The notes beneath the pieces were generated by a model. That model was not told the origin of the DNA. It did not search any database and worked only from the letters and a program-made list of their open reading frames with translations. Shown here one piece after another: positions 8,105-15,684 of a stretch of 28,312 nt of DNA (within the stretch, counting starts at the first letter, position 1; the number at the start of each line of letters is the position of its first letter). The stretch covers positions 1 through 28,312 of IMG/VR virus record IMGVR_UViG_3300027863_000141. One strand, 5' to 3'. Both the position numbers and the translations under genes were made by a program. This DNA is from a virus. Its lineage: Duplodnaviria > Caudoviricetes.

Positions 8105-8350
8105 ATGTCAAAAGGAAGAAAAAAAGGACAGAAAACAAATCAAGGCGTGGTTTACGAAACCGCCGCCTACAAGATTTCAGTCATCCCTTTGAACTATCAA
8201 ATTGAGTGCAAGCTCATGAAGTCGGGGAATGCCAGATTTGAACAGGTCAAGCTCATCTCAGAACCATTCTACTCCTACTTTGGCTGGGGGCTGGAATACG
8301 CCAAAAAGACGGCAGAGATGATGGTAAACAAGTACCAAAACGCTCTGTGA
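8105..8350 (+). CDS. Hypothetical protein
   Basis: ORF track; A-rich leader; followed by terminator. Confidence 0.7.
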   Translation: MSKGRKKGQKTNQGVVYETAAYKISVIPLNYQIECKLMKSGNARFEQVKLISEPFYSYFGWGLEYAKKTAEMMVNKYQNAL

Positions 8351-8380
8351 GCGGTATAGATAAGTTTACAGACGAGATAA

Positions 8381-8417
8381 GCCGGGGGTGCGAGGATTGC
8401 ACCGCCCGGCTTTTTTT
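8381..8417 (+). terminator. Rho-independent terminator
   Basis: GCCGGG-GGTGC loop GCACC-G-CCCGGC followed by T7, between convergent genes. Confidence 0.85.
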
Positions 8418-8443
8418 CGTGGCTCTGAGAGCCAATTTTAGGG

Positions 8444-8791
8444 CTACGCCTTCTTGAGGTTCAAGGCGGCAAGTTCCGCCTCGGTGAACGGGGCTTTGGA
8501 CTGTTGAGACCTGTGTGCCCTGCCATCGTGCGGAGGAACGGTGATAAAACCGCAAATACTGCACGGTTTCGGTTCCCCGTCTTTCTTCGGTGCGGGTTTG
8601 GCCGGTTTAGGGGGTGCTCCAGCTTCAACTAACTGGTAGTGGAAGCCGAGTTTGGCAAGCTGGGCAAGTTGTTCCTGGATGCCGGTTATCGTTTCTTCCT
8701 TTGCCTGTTGCCTGATGGCGTCGCGTTTGGTTTCAAACTCCAGAGCTTTCTGGAGTGAGGTTTTCAGTTCGGTGGGTTTCGGTTCAGCCAT
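8444..8791 (-). CDS. Putative nucleoid-associated/silencer-like protein (coiled coil, P/K linker, Zn finger)
   Basis: H-NS-like N-terminal helix, PKPAKPAPKK linker, CSIC...H...H. Confidence 0.65.
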   Translation of the reverse strand: MAEPKPTELKTSLQKALEFETKRDAIRQQAKEETITGIQEQLAQLAKLGFHYQLVEAGAPPKPAKPAPKKDGEPKPCSICGFITVPPHDGRAHRSQQSKAPFTEAELAALNLKKA

Positions 8792-8828
8792 AATCTTCTT
8801 CATCCCTATCACCTTCCGTGTGTCGCCG

Positions 8829-9074
8829 TCAAGCGGCTTTCCTTAACGGCTGGTGCCGCTTCATTCTGTCCAGCCGCTGAAGAAGGGCGATAACCTCGCC
8901 CAAACTTCTCAGGCCGAAAATGCGATGCCAGGCTTCGTGCTTCTCAATGTCTATGAGGAGCAAGTTTCTGTCGTTGTTTTTCCCGCCGCGGGCGCGGGGC
9001 AGAAGATGGTGCAGGTTTCTGCCGGGACGGCGGCGGTTCTGGGTTTTCTGCCAGCGGTTGCGCTTGCGAAACAT
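8829..9074 (-). CDS. Minimal HNH-fold protein
   Basis: HHLLPRARGG.N...N.......H..WH; SD GGGAGG. Confidence 0.75.
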   Translation of the reverse strand: MFRKRNRWQKTQNRRRPGRNLHHLLPRARGGKNNDRNLLLIDIEKHEAWHRIFGLRSLGEVIALLQRLDRMKRHQPLRKAA

Positions 9075-9262
9075 TAGGCAACCCTCCCGTAGCGAAGCTG
9101 GTTAAACAGCTTCATCTTTTCGGCTTCGGCCTTTTGGTCTTCCGCCTGCTTCTTGCGGAGGCAAGGGCGGTGGTAGACGCAGAGGTCTTTTTGGACTCTT
9201 TCGGGGTCAAACGGGGCCACGGTAATGTGGCACACGGGACAAACCGGATGCGTAGCGTTCAT
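9074..9262 (-). CDS. Small Zn-finger protein
   Basis: CPVC...HRPC; SD AAGGAGG 8 nt before ATG. Confidence 0.75.
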   Translation of the reverse strand: MNATHPVCPVCHITVAPFDPERVQKDLCVYHRPCLRKKQAEDQKAEAEKMKLFNQLRYGRVA

Positions 9263-9397
9263 ATATCAGCCTCCTTTTGGCTGGAAGCCTTTGCTCGGTA
9301 AGCAAAAGCCCCCAGCCACAAGGGCAAGGGGGCAAACTCCTGTTATGGTGAACCATAATAGCGGCAAACGTAGCACAAACCTTCATCACCGGCTTGC

Positions 9398-9568
9398 TCA
9401 CGCTGGCATCGGCGGCACAGCTTGACCCGGCACGGGCACATCTTGCCTTTTCGCGTCTTTCTTTTGCAATTTTTGCATTTGTAATAAATGCTCATTGGTG
9501 CCAAGGTGTTTAGCCAAGTCTGCTTGATGCACGTCCATTCCGCAAAAGCAGTGAACCCAGCTTCTCAT
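9398..9568 (-). CDS. Small C2H2-like Zn-finger protein, 56 aa; not in ORF track
   Basis: MRSWVHCFCG...LAKHLGTNEH...; ATG immediately after the holin stop. Confidence 0.6.
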   Translation of the reverse strand: MRSWVHCFCGMDVHQADLAKHLGTNEHLLQMQKLQKKDAKRQDVPVPGQAVPPMPA

Positions 9569-9814
9569 TTAAGTAACATTAGTGGGTAAGTTGTCAATCG
9601 TCCCCGTGGTAGGTTGGGTAAACACAATGCCTTTGTTAGTCAGCCACCTTAACACTAGGTTCACCGCCCCGATAAAGAACGGGTTGGCGAATATCGCTTC
9701 AACGTTGGCGGTTACCACGTCATTAGGCTGGTAGCCGAAGTGAGCGACTACAGCGACAATTACAGTCAAGACGTTGAACCACAGTGTCTTGGACTTGTAC
9801 CATTGTTTGTTCAT
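9569..9814 (-). CDS. Holin-like membrane protein
   Basis: WYKSKTLWFN..., two hydrophobic segments, NLVLR..T. Confidence 0.7.
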   Translation of the reverse strand: MNKQWYKSKTLWFNVLTVIVAVVAHFGYQPNDVVTANVEAIFANPFFIGAVNLVLRWLTNKGIVFTQPTTGTIDNLPTNVT

Positions 9815-10332
9815 TGGTTTGTTTGTTTAATGATTTGAAAATTAGTTTTTGCGAATTCACCATATCGGAAGGTTGCCCAGAAGTCATAGAAGAGTGCGGC
9901 TAAGTGTTCATTCTTGAAAAAGCCAAGGTCTTTCTGTTCAAGACGAGCTCGCCATCGTTGATGCTGTTTGTTCCACGAAACTCCTTTGTGTATGGATGAT
10001 TTATTGTGAGCTTTTTTGGTGTTCCTGCAATTCTGAAGTGTTGTCGCAAGGCGTAGATTTGCCTTTTGGTTGTCCACACCGTCACCATTGATATGGTCTA
10101 CAATCAGGTCATCTGGTGCGTTGAGAACAAGCCTGTGCATGTGAACGGCAACTTTCTTTATGTACTCACGGTCTACTGGATGCCTAATGTATGTCCATCG
10201 TTGCGCGTAGCCTCCGATAGCGCGGCCTTGAGATATCATTGGCTGGTAGTGCCATTTCCACTGGTTGAGGTAGTCGTAGCTCTCATCATCTACTTTGGCG
10301 AAGTATCCTTTGGAGAGCTTAATCAGCTTCAT
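9811..10332 (-). CDS. HNH-AP2 homing endonuclease
   Basis: MHRLV...VDHINGDGVDN...NLR plus AP2 domain KGVSW...WRA...AA..YD...GEFA..NF. Confidence 0.92.
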   Translation of the reverse strand: MKLIKLSKGYFAKVDDESYDYLNQWKWHYQPMISQGRAIGGYAQRWTYIRHPVDREYIKKVAVHMHRLVLNAPDDLIVDHINGDGVDNQKANLRLATTLQNCRNTKKAHNKSSIHKGVSWNKQHQRWRARLEQKDLGFFKNEHLAALFYDFWATFRYGEFAKTNFQIIKQTNQ

Positions 10333-10780
10333 CTATTTCATGAATTAGTTTTAAGACTCTGCTTGGGTAGGTTGGATTTGGGCAGTAGGTGGCTAACTTC
10401 CGTTCTGTCGTTTTGCCAGCGTAATAACGAGAGTTTGCAAGCTGTCCGGTGATGTAATCAATTCCACTTGGTATTGAGTCAAATCCAATTCGAGCGCTTC
10501 CCCACCCAAAGGGATTGTTAGTTTTACGGGGATAGATTTTCCCACATTGACTTTCAATCGTTGATATAGCGGGCAGGAGCCGGTAGTCGATGTCATATTT
10601 GTCTGCGGCGGTTATAAAGTCGTCAATATAAGGTATGAGCGGACACTTGTGAGCTTCGAAGTATCTGCCAAGCTTGACAGCTCGCACGTCCATTAAGCGA
10701 ACGGCTGGTTCAGGAATACAGAGAGCTGTTTTGGGGATAAGAAAGAGAGTGATTACGCATAGGGTGATGAGATATTTCAC
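10319..10780 (-). CDS. Secreted lysozyme-fold hydrolase (glucosaminidase/transglycosylase-like)
   Basis: Signal/anchor N-terminus; DYRLLPAISTIES..GK...NNPFGWG...Y.P...Y...V. Confidence 0.78.
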   Translation of the reverse strand: MKYLITLCVITLFLIPKTALCIPEPAVRLMDVRAVKLGRYFEAHKCPLIPYIDDFITAADKYDIDYRLLPAISTIESQCGKIYPRKTNNPFGWGSARIGFDSIPSGIDYITGQLANSRYYAGKTTERKLATYCPNPTYPSRVLKLIHEIDEAD

Positions 10781-10896
10781 GGGTTAAGTGGTTTGCCCAC
10801 GACAGTCTGCTTTGTCGCTCCTCCGTCAGTTCAGGCAGGATTTCGGTGGGTTAAAGGTTGTGGGGCGGCTCTTAGGTGAAAGTCGCCCCGAGACAT

Positions 10897-11622
10897 CTAC
10901 AACTTGTGGGCTTCCAGGAAACCGGCAAGTGCGTTGGTCGCGCGAAATTGTGGGACGGGTTCCAGTTCCTTAAACGCAGAGGTGAAGGCGTTGGAAAGGC
11001 TCCACATGGTTCTCGGCTGAAAGTCGTCATGCTGCGGGTTGAAGTAGTGGTCGTGGACAATCCTGTCCATGTGCCGCGGGGCTTCCAGAGCCCCTTCGAT
11101 GAATGCTTCGTAGATGAGCAGTTTGGCCGAGACATCGGAGAGCTGGCTGTTGCGCCAGACTTCTACTGCCTTGACCATTGGCTCAAAGTTCCGCTGCATC
11201 TGGTCCACTCCGTAGGCGAGAGCCTGGAGCAGATTGAAATGCTTGGAGTGCTTGGCGAGTAACGGCTCAAAATCGCCGTGGAATGCCATATTCTGGCAGA
11301 CCATGACTCTGTAGCCTACCGTGAGGGCGAGCCTCATTGACTTGTCGTGGCTGTTGCGGATGCCAAGTGCGAACCTGGCGCCGGTGAAGCCCTGGTCAAG
11401 CTCCATGAGGCCGAACATCTTGTTGCCCGTTCGGTCAACGGCGAATTCCATGTTGTGGACGCCGATGTGCCGGAAGCCGAGGGTTTCCACCAGGGCCTGG
11501 ACCACCTCGTGGTGGGGAATGGGCCGGTGGGTTGAAGTGCCGAGCGGACACGGGACGAGAGAAAGTTCCTCAAGCCCGATTTTGCGGTCGCTGGCTATCA
11601 GCACGCTGGGTGTGGTTGCCAT
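10897..11622 (-). CDS. DUF932-family protein
   Basis: T.THRPIPH...GIRNSHDKS...G.RV.VC.N..F...W.L.NAFT; SD GAGGAGG. Confidence 0.85.
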   Translation of the reverse strand: MATTPSVLIASDRKIGLEELSLVPCPLGTSTHRPIPHHEVVQALVETLGFRHIGVHNMEFAVDRTGNKMFGLMELDQGFTGARFALGIRNSHDKSMRLALTVGYRVMVCQNMAFHGDFEPLLAKHSKHFNLLQALAYGVDQMQRNFEPMVKAVEVWRNSQLSDVSAKLLIYEAFIEGALEAPRHMDRIVHDHYFNPQHDDFQPRTMWSLSNAFTSAFKELEPVPQFRATNALAGFLEAHKL

Positions 11623-11806
11623 TGGTTGCCTCCTCGTTTGCGTCGGACTTGTTCTCGCGGATCTGGAAGGTGACGCTGGGAAATAAATCCAGCTTGAAAT
11701 TCATGGAACCGTCTTTGTTGTGGCCAAAAGCTACGCCTGCGCGGTTCCAGAAAGTGCGCTGGTTGTTCCCCTCGCCGACTTTGGTCAGCAGGTAGATGGT
11801 GTACGT
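11570..11806 (-). CDS. Small ssDNA-binding-like protein lacking a canonical start codon; not in ORF track
   Basis: TYTIYLLTKVGEGNNQRTFWNRAGVAFGHNKDGSMNFKLDLFP...; perfect SD AAGGAGG followed by CATATACG. Confidence 0.65.
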   Translation of the reverse strand, partial: TYTIYLLTKVGEGNNQRTFWNRAGVAFGHNKDGSMNFKLDLFPSVTFQIRENKSDANEEATNGNHTQRADSQRPQNRA

Positions 11807-11931
11807 ATATGAAGTCCTCCTTGGGCTTCCCCCTCAACCGCATCTGCGGCTTATTTTGAGCCGTAGCGAAGTGTGGTTAAGAGGTAAGACAATGTCCCCA
11901 CTCTGCGAGTGAGGGGGAAGGAAAGGAGTTT

Positions 11932-12006
11932 TGGTGGCGGGGGTGGGAGTCGAACCCACCTATACGGCTTATGAGGCCGTCGAGTAAACCGATTCTCTAC
12001 CCCGCT
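11932..12006 (-). tRNA. tRNA-Met(CAT), initiator-like, CCA encoded
   Basis: AGCGGGG...ACGGC-CTCATAA-GCCGT...GGTTCGACTCC...CCCCGCC-A-CCA; 1:72 mismatch. Confidence 0.9.
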
Positions 12007-12007
12007 A

Positions 12008-12083
12008 TGGCAACAAGCCTAGGAATCGAACCCAGCCAGCCGGATTTGGAGTCCAGCTCGCCAGCCTTGGAACCTTGCCGACT
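12008..12083 (-). tRNA. tRNA-Trp(CCA), degenerate acceptor stem (possible pseudo-tRNA)
   Basis: CTGGA-CTCCAAA-TCCGG anticodon arm, CTGGG-TTCGATT-CCTAG T arm, CCA end; acceptor AGTCGGC/GCTTGTT has three G-U pairs and one mismatch. Confidence 0.75.
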
Positions 12084-12099
12084 ATTTAGAAGGAAAAGA

Positions 12100-12176
12100 A
12101 GGGCTGAAAACTTTTACTTGGAATTAGAACCGCTTTGCGGAGTATGGTTGGCGCTATGGAGAGCCATTCCAGCCCT
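12100..12176 (-). ncRNA. Unknown 77-nt structured RNA at the head of the tRNA operon
   Basis: 10-bp terminal stem AGGGCTGGAA/TTTCAGCCCT starting at the expected transcription start; inner hairpins. Confidence 0.45.
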
Positions 12177-12182
12177 GTCTAA

Positions 12183-12226
12183 AGCATACACCTGCTAAAG
12201 AAAAGTGCAAGCTTAGGTTATCCACA
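12183..12226 (-). promoter_or_regulatory. Promoter with upstream DnaA box driving the RNA/tRNA cluster
   Basis: TGTGGATAA (12226-12218), TTGCAC (12210-12205), 16 nt, TATGCT (12188-12183). Confidence 0.7.
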
Positions 12227-12229
12227 GGG

Positions 12230-12493
12230 CTACTTCAGTCCTTGCATCAGCCGTTCCCACACCTCTATCGCCTTCGGGTGAGTAAGATACGGCCTTATTT
12301 GTTTAAGCTGGTGGATAATGGCGTAGTAATACTGCCATGCGTCTATGAGTTCCCCTTTCAGCTCATTCAAGAGTCCGGGGGCAACAGTTAAGCCGCAACC
12401 ATGCTCCTTGAAGCCTGCCTTGACTTTCTTGTCGCTTTCCACCATGAAGTGGGCGAGCGACTGGGCCAATAAATCTTTGTCTTGCTTATTCAT
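12230..12493 (-). CDS. Small helical protein, possibly MazG-like nucleotide pyrophosphohydrolase
   Basis: G.KEHG...LNELKGELIDAWQY resembles the ExxE(E)xxD motif. Confidence 0.6.
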   Translation of the reverse strand: MNKQDKDLLAQSLAHFMVESDKKVKAGFKEHGCGLTVAPGLLNELKGELIDAWQYYYAIIHQLKQIRPYLTHPKAIEVWERLMQGLK

Positions 12494-13263
12494 CCCGTGT
12501 AAAGTTTGCCGTTAAAAAACGTCTTATAAAACGAAGCAGAGCCGTTCTTGATTTCCGCTATCGGATGCTGGGAAACAAAGAAATAATCGCTGTCTTGGTC
12601 TTTGTAAACGATGGAGAACCCCAAACCCCAATTCGGGTGGTCGGTATAGTCGGGATTGCGGTCGCAGAGGCAGAAGTTCTCGTAGCCGACTATATCCCTG
12701 TCGTATAGTCTCCTAAAAGAACTTCCGCCCCTGTGCGTATGGGCTTGTATCAGCGAAATGGATTTGTCATCTATCAGGTTTTTGGCCGTCATGCCGGAGT
12801 GCTTGTTTACTCTGTCAAAGTGTCCTATCAGCAGTTTGCCCCACAGGTAGGAATTCTCCCGGTTACCGGAGTTCACCACTAGGATGTCGGTTTCGTTTAG
12901 GCCCAATTGTTCCTCAAGCGAAAGCCCCCTCAGTTTGACCAGCTTGTCGGCGTGTGTGACGATGTATTTGACCCATCTGTACTCATGGTTGCCGAAGATG
13001 TAGATTATTCTTGCTTTGGGAAACCGCCAGCGGAGGTTATAGAGAAATGAGCTTGTCCGCTCTATCTCATAGGAGAAGTCTGTGTTGCTGGTCTTTGGGT
13101 TTTTTACGAAGTCAGAGATGGCCCAGCAGTCAATGATGTCGCCATTTAAGAAGATAATATCCGGTTGAAGTTCTTCGGCGATTTTAAGGGTAAGGCCGAT
13201 GGCCCGTGAATTCTCGTGGGGAAAGTGCAAGTCGTTAAGAACAAGCGCCTTTTCAAACTCCAT
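12490..13263 (-). CDS. Calcineurin-like metallophosphoesterase
   Basis: DLH, GDIID, GNHE, H, AHTH motifs. Confidence 0.92.
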   Translation of the reverse strand: MEFEKALVLNDLHFPHENSRAIGLTLKIAEELQPDIIFLNGDIIDCWAISDFVKNPKTSNTDFSYEIERTSSFLYNLRWRFPKARIIYIFGNHEYRWVKYIVTHADKLVKLRGLSLEEQLGLNETDILVVNSGNRENSYLWGKLLIGHFDRVNKHSGMTAKNLIDDKSISLIQAHTHRGGSSFRRLYDRDIVGYENFCLCDRNPDYTDHPNWGLGFSIVYKDQDSDYFFVSQHPIAEIKNGSASFYKTFFNGKLYTG

Positions 13264-14141
13264 TACTGCGGCAGGTTAATGGTCTGCGCGTCTGCCGGCA
13301 CTTCAAAAGCGTCTTTCAGTTCGGCTAACGCGGCTTCCGTTTTGGCAAAAGCGACAGTGCCGGTGAAACCCTCCAATATCAGCACGCCGATTTTGCCGTT
13401 GTCGTTGATGAGGAATTTTTTTGGCATGGGTTGTTGTTCCTTAGGGATTAACGTCCAGGCGTTGAACGTGTTCCCGGTTAAAAAATAATCTTCTTTAATG
13501 TGGTGCTCCTTTATCCCGGTGTTGCACCAGCTTGATTTGGCGATGATGCATTTCTTGCCATCGTGCAGGTGGTAGCCCATGGCGTAAAGGGCGTGCCCCC
13601 AAGTGCTTTCTCCGGTTTTAGGCGGTCTGGGCTCCGACATATTCTGCCAGCCTGCATCACTGCCCGTTACGCCAAAGACTACGCCCTTGTAGTTTTTAAC
13701 CCCCCACGCCACGCCGTCTATGGAGTTGTCGGGCAGGACGAAATAATTCTGTTCGGTGTCGTCTTTGGCAAGGTCTAAGCACAGCCCGGTCTTGTCTCGC
13801 ATGTTCTGCGGGGTCTTGGGGTTTGGGTCTGGGGCTTCAACAGCCGTTTCTTGCCCGAAGCTGGTAATCCGCCAACCGCCGTCTCTAATAAACGCCCCAT
13901 ACGCTTGGGCAATGTAAGCGAAAACGGAACGGACGGAGAATGTATAGCCTTTAAGTTGCCAGTGGTAATAGCTCCACGCCTCGCCTACGCAGCAATCGGC
14001 CTGGGCCTGGTCAGAGTCCGGGGGAACGGGAAGTTGGAATGGAGTGTGCCAATCCACTTTTGGCGCGCCTAAGAATTCGGCTTTGAAATCGCGGGGGTCG
14101 GGAGGGTCGGGTAGTGCGCCTTTGGGAAGTTGGGTAATCAT
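13263..14141 (-). CDS. Papain-like (C1) cysteine peptidase, candidate endolysin
   Basis: DPRDF, Q....CCVG.A (Cys), WGHAL (His), KSSW in place of NSW. Confidence 0.75.
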   Translation of the reverse strand: MITQLPKGALPDPPDPRDFKAEFLGAPKVDWHTPFQLPVPPDSDQAQADCCVGEAWSYYHWQLKGYTFSVRSVFAYIAQAYGAFIRDGGWRITSFGQETAVEAPDPNPKTPQNMRDKTGLCLDLAKDDTEQNYFVLPDNSIDGVAWGVKNYKGVVFGVTGSDAGWQNMSEPRPPKTGESTWGHALYAMGYHLHDGKKCIIAKSSWCNTGIKEHHIKEDYFLTGNTFNAWTLIPKEQQPMPKKFLINDNGKIGVLILEGFTGTVAFAKTEAALAELKDAFEVPADAQTINLPQ

Positions 14142-14161
14142 TGGAAGAGAAAATCAAAGGA

Positions 14162-14431
14162 TTAAGTCTTGATGATAAAGTTCAGGGCAATGTAGGGCTG
14201 GAGGTTGTTGTGGGCGGTGTGGCTACCAGCATTTGAAATTGTTATTGCAGCCGGGACTCCATTTGAGCCACCACCGGCACCATACGAACTTCCTGAAGTA
14301 AACCCACTTATTCCACCCGTGACGCCATGCGAGTGGCTTGCCAATTCGGCTAGGGCCTCAGCCCAAGCCGCGCACTGCCCACCATAGGAGCCGTCCGGAT
14401 ATAGGTTTTGTAAAACAGGCGTCAGGTTCAT
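14162..14431 (-). pseudogene. Chimeric relic: CHAP-like N-terminus fused to tail-collar fibre C-terminus
   Basis: YPDGSYGGQC joined to AELASHSH...AHNNLQPYIALNFIIKT. Confidence 0.65.
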
Positions 14432-14450
14432 TGGAAGGGAGAGTTAATGC

Positions 14451-15665
14451 TTAGTCAATGACAACGGAATTGTCGGCAATCGTTCCCTTGTCATAGTAGA
14501 GCCTAAAATTCCTCACCAGAACGCCAACTGATGTGGTTGGCGATTTGTAATATAAGTCAATCGTATCCCCTGGAGCGAAAGTCAGGTCTTCACTGAATGT
14601 TACATAAGTAGTACTCAATGTACTTTGCTCAGTTCCATACGCAACACCGTTCTTATAAATTCTGGCATAAACGGTTTGAGAGGTTGAGTCGGATCTCAGG
14701 TCAAACTTTATTCGATATACGCCTGGAAGATGAACTCTTATTGATTTGACAAGAGAGTAGTTTGGATCTGCGCCGCCATTAACTTTAGTCCTCTCAGTAT
14801 CCGCGCTCTGTTTGAGGTTAACGGAAGCAGTCGTACCCATAAGCGTATTTGTTAACTGCGAACCGTCAAGTGTTGGAAGTTTCCCTGTTCCGTCAAGCCG
14901 CAATACTTTGTTGGCTCCGCTTGTTCCGGTATCCGCGTTGTCTACTATTTTGTTGGTGGCTGAGATGGCCGTGCCAGAGGTGGACAATGCGGAATTTATA
15001 ACCACAGTCACACTCGTGCCGTTGTAATACTTCAGCTCGTGCGTCGTCGAGTTGTACCAGAGCAGTCCTTCCACCAAGTCGGCGCCGGTTGGGTCCGCGG
15101 TGAGGGTGATGAAGGCCAACTTCTTCGTCGCCGGGCGGAACGAATCGTTTGTTTTCACCTGCGCCCGCTTGTCCGCAATGTTGCCGGTGACAATAGATGA
15201 AGCGGCGTTGGCAACCGTGATATCGGCAAGGCGAATCCAGCCGTCAGAGCCTACGGCGGTGTCAATGGCGCCGTCCGTGAGGGCTGATGTCCCGGTGCCC
15301 TGCACCAATTCAATGGTGGCGATGTTGTTCTTGAGCGCGTTCGGTTCCGCGTCCTTGTCCACTCGCAGGATTACCGCATCCACCCTGTTGGAGCCGGAGT
15401 TGTTCGCCGGCACGGTAACAGTGGCCTGGGCATTGGATATGACCACGACTTTCCAGGTGGTGCCGTTCTTAGTGAGTTCCACCAGGGCATTGCCGGCAGA
15501 GACCAGAACACTCATTCCGGTCGGGCTGTTTTGCGTTACCTGGAGCCCCAGCGTGCCGGCGTTGTCGCCGAATACGCCCTCCTCCATCAGCAGGCTTTGG
15601 AGCCATGAAAACTCGGAGCTGTTGTAGTCCGCAAGGGTACTGTCTATGAAAAATGTTTTGAGCAT
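14451..15665 (-). CDS. Tail fibre/receptor-binding protein
   Basis: N-terminal baseplate-anchor pattern (GMSV.VSAG.A...NRVD.V...LA.I.V), LWYNST fibre motif, lower-GC beta-rich C-terminus. Confidence 0.82.
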   Translation of the reverse strand: MLKTFFIDSTLADYNSSEFSWLQSLLMEEGVFGDNAGTLGLQVTQNSPTGMSVLVSAGNALVELTKNGTTWKVVVISNAQATVTVPANNSGSNRVDAVILRVDKDAEPNALKNNIATIELVQGTGTSALTDGAIDTAVGSDGWIRLADITVANAASSIVTGNIADKRAQVKTNDSFRPATKKLAFITLTADPTGADLVEGLLWYNSTTHELKYYNGTSVTVVINSALSTSGTAISATNKIVDNADTGTSGANKVLRLDGTGKLPTLDGSQLTNTLMGTTASVNLKQSADTERTKVNGGADPNYSLVKSIRVHLPGVYRIKFDLRSDSTSQTVYARIYKNGVAYGTEQSTLSTTYVTFSEDLTFAPGDTIDLYYKSPTTSVGVLVRNFRLYYDKGTIADNSVVID

Positions 15666-15684
15666 GAAAGCTGTTGGTTAATGC

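Noticed and set aside
9811-10345. 3'-end duplication around the HNH-AP2 gene
   Set aside because: No convincing duplicate of the lysozyme gene terminus, unlike the 26934 case
11598-11843. ORF-track protein MRLRGKPKEDF...
   Set aside because: No recognisable motifs; the overlapping frame gives a recognisable family and uses the SD
11840-11931. tRNA-associated HDV-like (theta) ribozyme
   Set aside because: Could not find the nested double pseudoknot next to the tRNA 3' end
11971-12198. Plus-strand ORF
   Set aside because: Antisense to two tRNAs and the structured RNA
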